A DNA stretch of 64,000 bases from Macrostomum hystrix. Taxonomy: Eukaryota; Animalia; Platyhelminthes. Positions 51,061 through 64,000 of this stretch are shown here, piece by piece (the first letter of the stretch is position 1; every line of letters starts with the position of its first letter). The notes below the pieces were generated by a model that was given only the letters and a program-made list of their open reading frames with translations, ran no database searches and was not told the DNA's origin. Location: assembly GCA_950097015.1 (NCBI GenBank), contig CATNEN010000007.1, forward strand, positions 124,001 to 188,000, read 5' to 3'. A program made the position numbers and the translations under genes.

Positions 51061-51536
51061 CTTCTTTTTGTCACCCATGCCCTATCTTTTCTCTCATTGT
51101 CAAACTGTTTGTTTTATATAAAAAAATCAAGAATGAAATCGCTTCACATGCTTTCAATTGCCACAGAAGAGATTGACCAAGACTAGGCCCATTGATGAAG
51201 TGGCCAGAGAAGCTAATTTGAGCACAGAATTAGCATAATGATGGTGTTCTGATTGGCAGGCTTCCCCTTAATCTCTCTTAGGGATTTATTGGGATTCTTC
51301 TGAGATGAAGAAGAGACCAAAGCGGAAGAAAATTCGCAAACAGAAATTGCTGTTGAAGGTTTTGTCCTCTGCACAGACTGCTACCTCAGTTTCCTGGTAT
51401 TCTTGAAGCAGACAATGACATTACAGACTCGTTGAAAACTGAATTTAACAGTTCTGCCGTTGAAAAACAACGAAATAATGCTAAACTGATGGGTCACTAG
51501 GGTCAGAGGAGGGACTTCCATGGCCCAATTCTGCGA

Positions 51537-53960
51537 TTAGAGAATTATAAGCAGAGAGAGAGAGTGAAAGAGGCGGCGGTGCGAGAGAAGACGGGGCGAG
51601 GCGGTAAGAGGAGCGCGAAAAGGATGAATCAATGCGTCCCAGTTTGGGATAAATTCTGCCAGAAGTAAAGACAGCAGGAGATGAAGGTGGAGTTGCTCTG
51701 CCTGAAATCTGCCGAGTGGAAAGCTGAGGAGATTAAATCGATGCCGATCAGCGTCTGGGACAGCTGGCAATGGACGGTTGCCCACCCGTCTGCTCACTTC
51801 CGTTGGCCTTTTAAGGAATTTAAGCAGTTTCTGAGCACAGGATAGATAGATAGAGGCTGCCTGAGATTCTTGGAGGCTGCGAAGTGGAACTCAAATTAGC
51901 TTGGGATGAAGATTTTCTGTCCCAAGATTTGCTGTTGCTGTCGATCGCTCAACAGGAGTCGGCGGCCGCCAGGGGTCGAAGTCCCTCATGGCGGGGTCAT
52001 TTTGAGTTCATTTCTATAGTGTCAATTTTGTTTTACTATACTTGGAGACTTTTTAATGACAGTAGAAACTAAAAAATCTTGATGTGTATCGTCAGACTAA
52101 ATCGCTTCTATCAATTTCAGATGGACTGTAATGTTAGTGGATGGCTGTAATGTTAGTGGATGGCTGTAATGTTAGTGGATGGACTGTAATGTTAGTGGAT
52201 GGCTGTAATGTTAGTGGATGGCTGTAATGTTAGTGGATGGCTGTAATGTTAGTGGATGGCTGTAATGTTAGTGGATGGCTGTAATGTTAGTGGATGGGTT
52301 GTAATGTTAGTGGATGGCTGTAATGTTAGTGGATGGCTGTAATGTTAGTGGATGGGTTGTAATGTTAGTGGATGGCTGTAATGTTAGTGGATGGGCTGTA
52401 ATGTTAGTGGATGGCTGTAATGTTAGTGGATGGCTGTAATGCTAGTGGATGGCTGTAATGTTAGTGGATGGCTGTAATGTTAGTGGATGGCTGTAATGTT
52501 AGTGGATGGCTGTAGTGTTAGTGGATGGCTGTAATGTTAGTGGATGGCTGTAATGTTAGTGGATGAGTTGTAATGTTAGTGGATGGGTTGTAATGTTAGT
52601 GGATTTCTGTAATGTTAGTGGATGGGTTGTAATGTTAGTGGATTTCTGTAATGTTAGTGGATGGGTTGTAATGTTAGTGGATGGGTTGTAATGTTAGTGG
52701 ATGGGCTGTAATGTTAGTGGATGGGCTGTAATGTTAGTGGATGGGTTGTAATGTTAGTGGATGGGTTGTAATGTTAGTGGATGGGTTGTAATGTTAGTGG
52801 ATGGGTTGTAATGTTAGTGGATGGCTGTAATGTTAGTGGATAGGCTGTAATGTTAGTGGATGGGTTGTAATGTTAGTGGATGGCTGCAATGTTAGTGGAT
52901 GGGTTGTAATGTTAGTGGATTTCTGTAATGTTAGTGGATGGGCTGTAATGTTAGTGGATAGGCTGTAATGTTAGTGGATAGGCTGTAATGTTAGTGGATG
53001 GGCTGTAATGTTAGTGGATGGGTTGTAATGTTAGTGGATTTCTGTAATGTTAGTTGATGTTTCTAATGCTATAGCAGGTGTGGCTGATGAATTCAGTCAG
53101 TAGTCCTGCATAAAGGTTAAGCATGTCCACTTGCAGTTAAAAATGCATTTGTTTATTGCTAAAAAACACTATACGCTAACAACTGGTCTCTCGCTATAGA
53201 GCTATGGAGAATGCAGTACAATGACCACTGGCCAATAGAAACGATGCCATTCAGGATGTGCTTGTCCACAAATTTCTCTCTCTCTTGCCAATTTCATCTT
53301 TGAAAGCCTTCATCCAGCGTGAGGGTTCGGGGAGTTTTTCTCCGTTCAGTTCTTCCTCAATCAGCCAGTTGGGCCCCAGATCTGTCGAGAATTCTTATAA
53401 GCTGAGGCAGAGCGAGTGAGCCCTGATAACCCAGGACGTGACCCAGCATCGGGAATCAGTTGCCTGCGTCTCTCTGAGCCAACAGAAGGGTCGCTGTCTT
53501 GAAATCTGGAGCAGGTCAGGGCAGACAGCAATCCACCTGGACGCCCTAGACCTACTCGGAGAACGATGGATGACGAGGGAGCGGCCCTGATGTGACACCG
53601 GTTCACTGACGTCGCAAGTTCCTGTCCCAAAGCAGCCTCTATTATACTCGTCTCAATCTTGCCGGTCAGCTCAGCCATCAGTTCCGGGACATCAGTGCCA
53701 GCGATGTCAGTTCATTGGACTTCCGCATCTGCAGCGGACGCCACCGTCTCCATTGGCGACCGAGTCAACCTGTGCCTCAGAAAGTCCTGCAATAGCGGTG
53801 AGACCACTTTTTACTGGGAAATTGAAACTGACGACGTTTTAATCGGCGTCAGCAAACCAAATTGCATCCATGCAGACGTCACATCACCATTTGCTGATTT
53901 GAAACCATTTGCTGGTGTGACGCCATTTGTTGATGCGACATCGTTTTTTGATATGCATGC
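51537..53960 (-). other. Coding-like Ser/Ala-rich fragments of an unidentified minus-strand gene (about 51537-51830, 53361-53960)
   Basis: GC-richer open stretches (e.g. AELTGKIETSIIEAALGQEL) between arrays, with stops or frameshifts; no domain recognised. Confidence 0.25.
52118..53060. repeat. 19-20-bp minisatellite (gatggctgtaatgttagtg)
   Basis: About 48 copies. Confidence 0.96.
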
Positions 53961-54021
53961 TTTTAACGTAGAAAGATGTTTTTTCTGGGCACTTGACTTA
54001 GCTGCAGGAGCTGCTAAGTCA

Positions 54022-55515
54022 ATCCGAGGTTAATCCGAGGTTAATCCGAGAGGTTAATCCGAGAGGTTAATCCGAGAGGTTAATCCGAGAGGTTAATCCG
54101 AGAGGTTCATCCGAGAGGTTAATCCGAGAGGTTAATCCGAGAGGTTAATCCGAGAGGTTCATCCGAGAGGTTAATCCGAGAGGTTAATCCCAGAGGTTCA
54201 TCCGAGAGGTTAATCCGAGAGGTTAATCCGAGAGGTTAATCCGAGAGGTTAATCCCAGAGGTTAATCCCAGAGGTTAATCCGAGAGGTTAATCCGAGAGG
54301 TTAATCCGAGAGGTTAATCCGAGAGGTTAATCCCAGAGGTTAATCCGAGAGGTTAATCCGAGAGGTTAATCCGAGAGGTTAATCCGAGAGGTTAATCCGA
54401 GAGGTTAATCCGAGAGGTTAATCCGAGAGGTTAATCCGAGAGGTTAATCCGAGAGGTTAATCCCAGAGGTTAATCCGAGAGGTTAATCCGAGAGGTTAAT
54501 CCGAGAGGTTAATCCGAGAGGTTAATCCGAGAGGTTAATCCGAGAGGTTAATCCGAGAGGTTAATCCGAGAGGTTAATCCGAGAGGTTAATCCGAGAGGT
54601 TAATCCGAGAGGTTAATCCGAGAGGTTAATCCGAGAGGTTAATCCGAGAGGTTAATCCGAGAGGTTAATCCCAGAGGTTAATCCGAGAGGTTAATCCCAG
54701 AGGTTAATCCGAGAGGTTAATCCGAGAGGTTAATCCGAGAGGTTAATCCGAGAGGTTAATCCGAGAGGTTAATCCCAGAGGTTAATCCCAGAGGTTAATC
54801 CGAGAGGTTAATCCGAGAGGTTAATCCGAGAGGTTAATCCGAGAGGTTAATCCGAGAGGTTAATCCGAGAGGTTAATCCCAGAGGTTAATCCGAGAGGTT
54901 AATCCGAGAGGTTAATCCGAGAGGTTAATCCGAGAGGTTCATCCGAGAGGTTAATCCGAGAGGTTAATCCGAGAGGTTAATCCCAGAGGTTAATCCGAGA
55001 GGTTCATCCGAGAGGTTAATCCGAGAGGTTAATCCCAGAGGTTAATCCGAGAGGTTAATCCCAGAGGTTAATCCGAGAGGTTAATCCGAGAGGTTCATCC
55101 GAGAGGTTAATCCGAGAGGTTAATCCGAGAGGTTAATCCGAGAGGTTCATCCGAGAGGTTAATCCGAGAGGTTAATCCGAGAGGTTAATCCGAGAGGTTC
55201 ATCCGAGAGGTTAATCCGAGAGGTTAATCCCAGAGGTTCATCCGAGAGGTTAATCCGAGAGGTTAATCCGAGAGGTTAATCCGAGAGGTTAATCCCAGAG
55301 GTTAATCCCAGAGGTTAATCCGAGAGGTTAATCCGAGAGGTTAATCCGAGAGGTTAATCCGAGAGGTTAATCCCAGAGGTTAATCCGAGAGGTTAATCCG
55401 AGAGGTTAATCCGAGAGGTTAATCCCAGAGGTTAATCCGAGAGGTTAATCCGAGAGGTTAATCCGAGAGGTTAATCCGAGAGGTTAATCCGAGAGGTTAA
55501 TCCGAGAGGTTAATC
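54022..55515. repeat. 13-bp minisatellite (gaggttaatccga), about 114 copies
   Basis: Directly visible. Confidence 0.98.
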
Positions 55516-55866
55516 TTTGAATGTCTCGACGATGCTGACGTCGGACGGCTTTGTAGTTTAGTTAATCATAATTGTGTCGGCCAATTTTGATCTATAAGGT
55601 TGACTTTCACGAAAATCAGTCATCGGTTTGGGAGCTGTCGCGAAGTAGGCAGTGGGTGGGCAGTTAAAGGACAAAGATTTCCTTTTCAGAGTGAATTTGA
55701 TCTAGGTAATTTGAATAATGGCTAGTTAATTTGAGACGAGAATATCATTCGGCAGCAAAAAAGTGCACTTTGAGAAAAGGACGTGACGGATTTCAAATTG
55801 GCCGCAGTCGAATAAACTTTTCTTTAGAACGCGCTCGTTTCAGTCCAATTTTATTGATTGATTTGC

Positions 55867-56143
55867 TCCCGGGACTGGGGAATCCCGGGACTGGGGAATC
55901 CCGGGACTGGGGAATCCCGGGACTGGGGAATCCCGGGACTGGGGAATCCCGGGACTGGGGAATCCCGGGACTGGGGAATCCCGGGACTGGGGAATCCCGG
56001 GACTGGGGAATCCCGGGACTGGGGAATCCCGGGACTGGGGAATCCCGGGACTGGGGAATCCCGGGACTGGGGAATCCCGGGACTGGGGAATCCCGGGACT
56101 GGGGAATCCCGGGACTGGGGAATCCCGGGACTGGGGAATCCCG
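55867..56143. repeat. 16-bp G-rich minisatellite (gggactggggaatccc), about 17 perfect copies
   Basis: Directly visible. Confidence 0.97.
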
Positions 56144-56833
56144 GGCGGAGCGGGTTGCGATTCTGCCGATTGGATTAGCAGCAATGAGTGTGCGTCACCT
56201 CCTGGCACTTAATGCGAAGGAGAAAAACGATAAGTGAGCGCCAACTAAGGCTGGGGCGTTCAGCTCGAAGCACCGATACTAGTATCTGGCCAGTCAGGTC
56301 AGGGCAGGAGTGTGACCCTAGTCCTCGCGAATCATTTAACATAAAACTCTTATCTTCCCAATGTCCGATTCTAAAGTCTTGTACTAGGACTTGCTGTTCA
56401 GTCCATGGACTGTGGGTGGCAGCAAATTCACAAAAATCTATTCCCTTGGGCTCAGATTCGAACTTCAGACCTCTTAATTAACCCGCATGAGTGCAAGGAT
56501 TCAATTGAAAATTATTTACATTCTATTTCGCTAGAAGGTCGAAGCGAAAAAAAGTCCAATCAAGAAGTTAGTAAAAAGTTACCCACTCTACTATAAGTAG
56601 GCTAGTTGCAACATCAAGCGCGAAAGTCAAAGCGAAAACGCGAAAATCAGAAAGAAAATTAACAAAAAGGGGAGCGGATAGAACGTACTAGAATCGATTT
56701 GCTGGTCTCCGAACCTCGCAGATTAATTAGTGGCAGCAAGGAAAGAGAAAGTAGGAAGAGAGAGAGCCGTTCCCACACCAGCCAATGAGATCCGAAATCA
56801 ATTGGCAAAGGCGGCCACTCCCAAAGCCAGATT

Positions 56834-57322
56834 CTACGAAGGTTCTGTAATGCGAGAAGTGGAGCTCGGAACAGACCGAGTTTGATCTCCGGAGTTTAGG
56901 CAGACAGCCAGACAGCAGGTTACGCTACAAGCTGTTAGCATAGCCTGAATTAATTCATTGCAGACTACAGCATCGCGAACTGTCAGTCTGGCTTTGCCGA
57001 GCCAGTCAATCTGAGCCTTCAGTCGAGGCCATCCGGTCGGCTTTCTCGTTCCCGCACGCTGGATAGCTACGGATTTGAGCTGCAACAGCAGACGGAGCCG
57101 CTGGTTCAGCAGCCAGTTCAGCAGCAGCGCTTTAGCCGTCATTATTTTCATCAGCAGAGCAGAGCAGGTGGTGGCAGCGGTGGCATCGGGCGAGCAGTCT
57201 GGACTGATAATCGACCCTCGAGCCTGTCTCAGCGAAGCATTCAAACGCTGCTGCGGCAAAGAGGGGCGCCAACGACCACCGGGTCGTTTGCGTCGCAGAG
57301 TGTTGATGACTTTGGCCGACTA
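56834..57322 (-). CDS. Putative exon of an unidentified protein (SAKVINTLRRKRPGG...ELIQAMLTAC...)
   Basis: About 160-codon open frame in GC-richer DNA between arrays; no family recognised. Confidence 0.35.
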
Positions 57323-57390
57323 GTGACAATGTCCGCCTGCAGCGATTGCGAAGCTGTGAGTTTTGGGATTTACATAAAAGCGTTTCCGGT

Positions 57391-59240
57391 AACCACTGCT
57401 AGAACACCAACCACAGCTAGAACACCAACCACAGCTAGAACACCAACCACAGCTAGAACACCAACCACACCTAGAACACCAACCACAGCTAGAACACCAA
57501 CCACAGCTAGAACACCAACCACAGCTAGAACACCAACCACCCCTAGAACACCAACCACTGCTAGAACACAAACCACAGCTAGAACACCAACCACAGCTAG
57601 AACACCAACCACAGCTAGAACACCAACCACAGCTAGAACACCAACCACACCTAGAACACCAACCACTGCTAGAACACCAACCACTGCTAGAACACCAACC
57701 ACAGCTAGAACACCAACCACTGCTAGAACACCAACCACAGCTAGAACACCAACCACAGCTAGAACACCAACCACACCTAGAACACCAACCACTGCTAGAA
57801 CACCAACCACTGCTAGAACACCAACCACTGCTAGAACACCAACCACTGCTAGAACACCAACCACAGCTAGAACACCAACCACAGCTAGAACACCAACCAC
57901 AGCTAGAACACCAACCACAGCTAGAACACCAACCACAGCTAGAACACCAACCACTGCTAGAACACCAACCACAGCTAGAACACCAACCACAGCTAGAACA
58001 CCAACCACCCCTAGAACACCAACCACTGCTAGAACACCAACCACTGCTAGAACACCAACCACAGCTAGAACACCAACCACAGCTAGAACACCAACCACTG
58101 CTAGAACACCAACCACAGCTAGAACACCAACCACAGCTAGAACACCAACCACTGCTAGAACACCAACCACAGCTAGAACACCAACCACAGCTAGAACACC
58201 AACCACAGCTAGAACACCAACCACTGCTAGAACACCAACCACAGCTAGAACACCAACCACCACTGCTAGAACACCAACCACAGCTAGAACACCAACCACA
58301 GCTAGAACACCAACCACAGCTAGAACACCAACCACAGCTAGAACACCAACCACAGCTAGAACACCAACCACACCTAGAACACCAACCACAGCTAGAACAC
58401 CAACCACAGCTAGAACACCAACCACTGCTAGAACACCAACCACCACTGCTAGAACACCAACCACAGCTAGAACACCAACCACTGCTAGAACACCAACCAC
58501 CCCCTAGAACACCAACCACCCCTAGAACACCAACCACCCCCAGAACACCAACCACCCCCTAGAACACCAACCACCCCCAGAACACCAACCACCCCTAGAA
58601 CACCAACCACCCCTTGGACACCACCCACCCCTTGGACACCACCCACCCCTTGGACACCACCCACCCCTAGAACACCAACCACCCCTTGGAAACCACCCAC
58701 CCCTAGAACACCACCCACCCCTTGGACACCACCCACCCCTTGGACACCACCCACCCCTAGAACACCAACCACCCCTTGGAAACCACCCACCCCTAGAACA
58801 CCACCCACCGCTTGGACACCACCCACCCCTTGGACACCACCCACCCCTTGGACACCACCCACCCCTTGGACACCACCCACCCCTTGGACACCACCCACCC
58901 CTAGAACACCAACCACCCCTTGGAAACCACCCACCCCTAGAACACCACCCACCCCTTGGACACCACCCACCCCTTGGACACCACCCACCCCTTGGACACC
59001 ACCCACCCCTTGGACACCACCCACCCCTTGGACACCACCCACCCCTTGGACACTAACCACCCCTTGGACACTAACCACCCCATGGACACCACCCACCCCT
59101 TGGACACCACCCACCCCTTGGACACTAACCACCCCTTGGACACTAACCACCCCATGGACACCACCCACCCCTTGGACACTAACCACCCCTTGGACACCAC
59201 CCACCCCTTGGACACCACCCACCCCTTGGACACCAACCAT
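57391..59240. repeat. 18-bp minisatellite drifting from ctagaacaccaaccacag to cttggacaccacccaccc
   Basis: About 100 copies with a transition zone near 58500-58950. Confidence 0.97.
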
Positions 59241-59919
59241 CACTAAAATAATTTCCACAAAGCGAGATAAAGAAATCTTTCAATTTGAATTTCTTTCTAA
59301 AAATAGAACAATTATTTAATTTTGCTTTTAATTTGACTTAAAATAATTTTCTTTGCTGAATGTAGCAGTGAGAATCGATACTAGCAAATCACAAATCACA
59401 AATCACTGTGTAGAGTATTCTGTAGGGAAACGGAAAATGCAATGCAATTTTTTGTGTCCCAGATCAATAAGACAGTACTCATTCATAGCTAATAATTTCC
59501 ATTTATTTGCCTCAAATGTGTGAAGGTGCAACATAGCGCTATCGGGTCACGACCTTTTTTCCGAATCGGTAATGCAGGAACAGAGGGACAGATTGAAGGG
59601 TTAAGGAGAAACATCTGATGTTACTTATGGCTAACACGGCCTAAAGCTATCAGGATAAGTCTGTGTTCCTTCAAGATATCAAGCAGAATATGGGAAATAA
59701 AATTGTTATAGACCCACCAACCCGTCGAAACTGCACTGCCACCGTATAGTGCCTGTCAATCAGATTTTCTAAAGTTTTTTGTCTAGATTTGTTATTCGTA
59801 GAAAATTGGTTTTATCACAGTTTATTTATAACACGATGCATCAAACAGATCACAAAATATTCCATAGATGCCAGGCATGACATTGACCCCAAAATATCCC
59901 AAACGATCCCCTGACATTC

Positions 59920-60450
59920 CATAGATCCCTAGATATCCCATATATCCCAACATATCCCACAAATCCCTAGATATCCCACAAATCCCTAGATATCCCACAA
60001 ATCCCTAGATATCCCATATATCCCAACATATCCCACAAATCCCTAGATATCCCACAAATCCCTAGATATCCCAAAAATCCCTAGATATCCCATAGATCCC
60101 TAGATATCCCATAGATCCCTAGATACCCCATAGATCCCTAGATATCCCATAGATCCCTAGATATCCCACAAATTCCTAGATATCCCACAAATTCCTAGAT
60201 ATCCCATAGATCCCTAGATATCCCATAGATCCCTAGATGTCCCACAAATCCTTGGATATCCCATAGATCCCTAGATATCCCACAAATCCCTAGATATCCC
60301 ATAGATCCCTAGATATCCCAAAAATCCCTAGATATCCCATAGATCCCTAGATATCCCACAAATTCCTAGATATCCCACAAATCCTTAGATATCCCATAGA
60401 TCCCTAGATATCCCAAAGATCGCTAGATAATCCATAAATCCCTAGATATC
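59920..60450. repeat. About 19-bp minisatellite (atccctagatatcccacaa)
   Basis: Directly visible. Confidence 0.93.
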
Positions 60451-61084
60451 TTACAAATACCTTAATATCGCATCGATAATCATATTTTTCATGATTGACT
60501 GTACATTTCTTTTGATGAGGCATCGAATCCGGAGGCAAAAGTACAAAATTGCTAACATCAGCGGTCTTCTGTCCAATTCTATAAACTCGAAACTTTCCAG
60601 ATCACTATAAATTCATGAGTACGAATAGAGAATACATTGTAAGCAAGATTCCGACTCAATCATATTCTCGACACAATCAACATAAAAGCACAAACTGCAG
60701 AAAGCCTGACTAACGACTTTCCCAGTTTGAGATCCCAATTCGTTCTGTCGACAGTAATCCCACTTAGCTGTAAAAATGATGCCATAATAGTACACTATTC
60801 ATTCCATCAAACTTTTCCTAACAGACAAGGATAAAAATAGAGACTCAAAGAGTGGAGGATACTTGCAATTTGTTATATTATTCCCAGAAATTTGTTTAAA
60901 CTAGGTTAGACTTGGGCACAAGTTTCACTCAAGGGAAATAAATATAATTAATGGAAATTTTCACGCATTACCACTTTGGCAAGGAATATTTAACGGTGGC
61001 ATCAGAATATTAATACTACATCACTAATGGGAGTTTAAATGCTTAGAGTCCTCAAAAGTACAGCTGCATAGCATGCCCCTTACA

Positions 61085-61214
61085 AAATTACCTACAGCAT
61101 ATCCTACAGCATATCCTACAGCATATCCTACAGCATATCCTACAGCATATCCTACAGCATATCCTACAGCATATCCTACAGCATATCCTACAGCATATCC
61201 TACAGCATATCCTA
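61085..61214. repeat. 12-bp minisatellite (cctacagcatat)
   Basis: About 11 copies. Confidence 0.95.
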
Positions 61215-61574
61215 CATGCATGCACTATCTTACTTAGAAGAATGTCACTGAAATGTCCAGCTATGAACGAAAGGAAACATAAAAAATTTCATAGATTTGT
61301 GCACATAAGAAACTGAGAATGAGTAATTTTGTCTTGAGGTGGCAATGCGATAATCTTATCCACTGAGCCGTACTTATTTACTAATCCATCGAGAAGATTA
61401 TGTGCTGCACAGCTACCCACAATGTGGTGAGATTACAAGAAACTTTGTAAATGACTTTGAAAGTCGGGATACACGGTAAGGCTCTCGTAGTTGTGTCTCA
61501 CCCATTCAGCAATGAAGTGAATGATTCTTTCAAATGATTTTTAATGGTTGAGAGATTGTCTTAACATGGTCAGG

Positions 61575-62065
61575 AGGGAGAGGGAGAGGGAGAGGGAGAG
61601 GGAGAGGAAGAGGGAGATGGAGAGGGAGAGGGTGAGGGAGAGGGAGAGGGTGAGGAAGAGGGAGAGGGAGAGGGAGAGGGTGAGGGAGAGGGTGAGGGAG
61701 AGCAAGAGGGAGAGTGAGAGGTAGAGAGAGAGGGAGAGGGTGAGGGTGAGGGAGAGCAAGAGGGAGAGGGAGAGGGAGAGGGTGAGGGAGAGGGAGAGGG
61801 TGAGGGTGAGGGAGAGCAAGAGGGTGAGGAAGAGGGAGAGGGTGAGGGAGAGGGTGAGGGAGAGGGTGAGGGAGAGCAAGAGGGAGAGGGTGAGGGAGAG
61901 CAAGAGGGAGAGTGAGAGGTAGAGAGAGAGGGAGAGGGTGAGGGTGAGGGAGAGCAAGAGGGAGAGGGAGAGGGAGAGGGTGAGGGTGAGGGAGAGCAAG
62001 AGGGAGAGGGAGAGGGAGAGGGTGAGGGTGAGGGAGAGCAAGAGGGAGAGGGAGTGTGAGAGAGA
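61575..62065. repeat. GA-rich hexamer repeat (gggaga/gggtga)
   Basis: Directly visible. Confidence 0.9.
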
Positions 62066-62218
62066 GCTGCAGGAAAGAGGAGTTTGGTGCCATCAGTTCA
62101 GGGAGTAATCGTGAGTATCTAGAGGGACCAAGTATCGACTATTCTCAAATCGGACACGCAGAAGGCCCAAGCAATGCGGAGGTCAGAGTGTACACAAGAG
62201 TATTAAATAGCCCCTCAC

Positions 62219-62458
62219 GCAGAAGACAGCTCTTTGGCCCATCTTCGAAATCGAATCAAGTGGATGACGTTGCGTGGCCTCTCTACCGTCTCCAGCCCAG
62301 CTGAGTTTGAAATAAAATCCCCAATTATTTGCTCCCAACTTGGTTCTCGCAATGTCTCGGGTTTCCTATCCCGGGAGCTGTAGGACGAGTAGGCCGGCCC
62401 TCTAAAAGCTACTTTAGTCAACGAAAAAGGCTGCCCCATGAGAACTGAAAGAAGACGG
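62219..62458 (-). CDS. Putative 240-nt internal exon of an unidentified gene (RLLSVLMGQPFSLTK...WEQIIGDFISNS...AKELSS)
   Basis: Strong polypyrimidine tract plus CAG acceptor, GTGAGG donor, open phase 2-2 frame. Confidence 0.5.
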
Positions 62459-63049
62459 CTGAAAGACAGAGAGAAAGAGGAGAGGGTAGCCAAGAAGAAA
62501 GCACCTTAATTGCACTAAACCTGGGGATCTGAACGATCCGCTTCCATTTTACTCAGAGCCTATACTTGTACCTATCTCTCCTTCTCCGCTATCACGGAAG
62601 CGCATTTTCACTTTACCTGTTCGCGGTCCAGTCTTATTCAGCTCACCCTGCCAGGATTTCAAAAATGGGAATAGAATGTTACCTTCTTAGTTCATGTTTT
62701 CCCATGTCCATAACACTGAAAACTGAAAAGCTTTTCGCAGATTTTTGTCATAACTTTCAGCCCCCCCATTTTTCTGTGCTTTTAAACTAAAAGGCTATTC
62801 TGTGTCATGGTGTTCACACGTGGAAAAAAATCAAATCGTTCACATATCTTTCCGCGCTTTTGGGAATGTGACAAATATTTAGCTTTTTACGTGGATAAAT
62901 TTCCACGTGTGTTTATCTGCAACCAGATAAACACACGTGATGTTTAGATGATTGGGCTATTTTGTATATGAACCTGTTCTAATATTCGAAAAACAGTTAT
63001 CAACATAAATTTTTTTTCAACGACAACCTACCAAAACTCGAATAATTTA

Positions 63050-63345
63050 TTTAATCCAGTCCGACATCTGCAGCAACGCCAGCGACCTGATGTCATCCTC
63101 CATGATTGAGGGTGCCTACGGCAGCTCCGGTGGGTTCGCTGGCCTCGCCAAGGCATCAGATGTCGTGAGACAGTCGAGGGCTTCCATAGCGGCGAACTCT
63201 TCGTCCATTGTTTCGTCATCGGTGACGTCATCGCGAAGAAGAGCTATAGTGGGTCGAAGCAGCAGCAGCAGTGGCGGAGGTGGCGGCGGCGGCAGTGGCG
63301 TCGGCAGCGATGTCGGCAACGATGACCTCGATGCAGTTTGTAAGC
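63050..63345 (-). CDS. Putative exon of an unidentified gene (..LRDDVTDDETMDEEFAAMEALDCL..)
   Basis: GC-rich open frame with acidic stretch; boundaries uncertain. Confidence 0.35.
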
Positions 63346-64000
63346 TGATTGGCCCAGAAATAAAACTTCTGCATTTGTGCATCGTTCGGGGGTGAGCCCT
63401 TGTCTCTTCCCTGCTGTACAGAGCTGAGCATGCTGTTTCTGAGTTCGCACCCGCGGCGAGGCCACATTTATTTCGGGAGCAGTCGAGGAGGGAGAACCCC
63501 CACAAGGTACAGTTGGGCTTGAGAATGAAATATTGATTCGAGTTGTGCTCATGGCTGCTGTTCGACTGTAGCCAAATGAGGCCCGTTGAAGTTACTCGTA
63601 CATTCGTATTTCGATTTTCGATTCGATTTCAATCAAGGACACTATTTTTGTGCTGCACCCGATTGGAACAACTCAAGCACATGAAACTCAAGAACACGGG
63701 CCAACTTTTTGTTGCGCATGTTCTGAGACAAGAATCAAGTTTCCAGCTCTTCCGACTGTCGAGATATTCAATGTTTCTGGCCGAAGGGTGCCTAAGGCTC
63801 CTACACAGCCATCCATCGAGGCCAAAAAAAACTGACGATTGTACATTTTGTTCCGATCATTCGTTTGAACAACACACAATTGTGTGCAGCAAAAACTTCA
63901 ATATTCATTTGATGGAAGCGTGAACTAGCCTTAAATCTGCTTGATAGGGCCCACACCAATAACACCAATAGTACTGCGTAATACAAGTGTAAGAATACGC

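Noticed and set aside
48636-51186. 806-, 682- and 364-aa Leu/Ser-rich ORFs
   Set aside because: Translation of a CT-rich minisatellite
57320-59258. (TARTPT)n mucin-like and Gly/Cys-rich ORFs
   Set aside because: 18-bp array open in multiple frames, with no signal peptide or exon boundaries supporting translation

Overview
Eukaryotic (animal) genomic DNA with GC3-rich exons in AT-rich introns; about 23 kb of the 64 kb (my rough sum) is tandem minisatellite. This style suggests a free-living flatworm such as Macrostomum, which is an inference. Spliced genes reconstructed by hand from GT-AG sites and codon phase: a RhoGAP-domain gene (minus, at least 84-12799); two tandem, diverged Ig-superfamily paralogues (15305-19420, 19943-24218); MANF/ARMET (minus, 29744-31599); a phosphagen kinase with NEGD in place of the NEED motif (35181-36746); and a 9-exon, 727-aa ankyrin-repeat/caspase fusion model (minus, 39624-47325). 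An internally deleted I/Ingi-group non-LTR retrotransposon (3399-6256) sits in a (CAG)n tract in a RhoGAP intron. It begins with a CPEB3/HDV-like ribozyme fold and carries a ubiquitin C-terminus-like LHLVLRLRGG motif just before its endonuclease. Also present: a MITE, SINE remnants, an ankyrin-derived 59-bp minisatellite block and unidentified minus-strand coding fragments. Exon models are manual and untested against transcripts.
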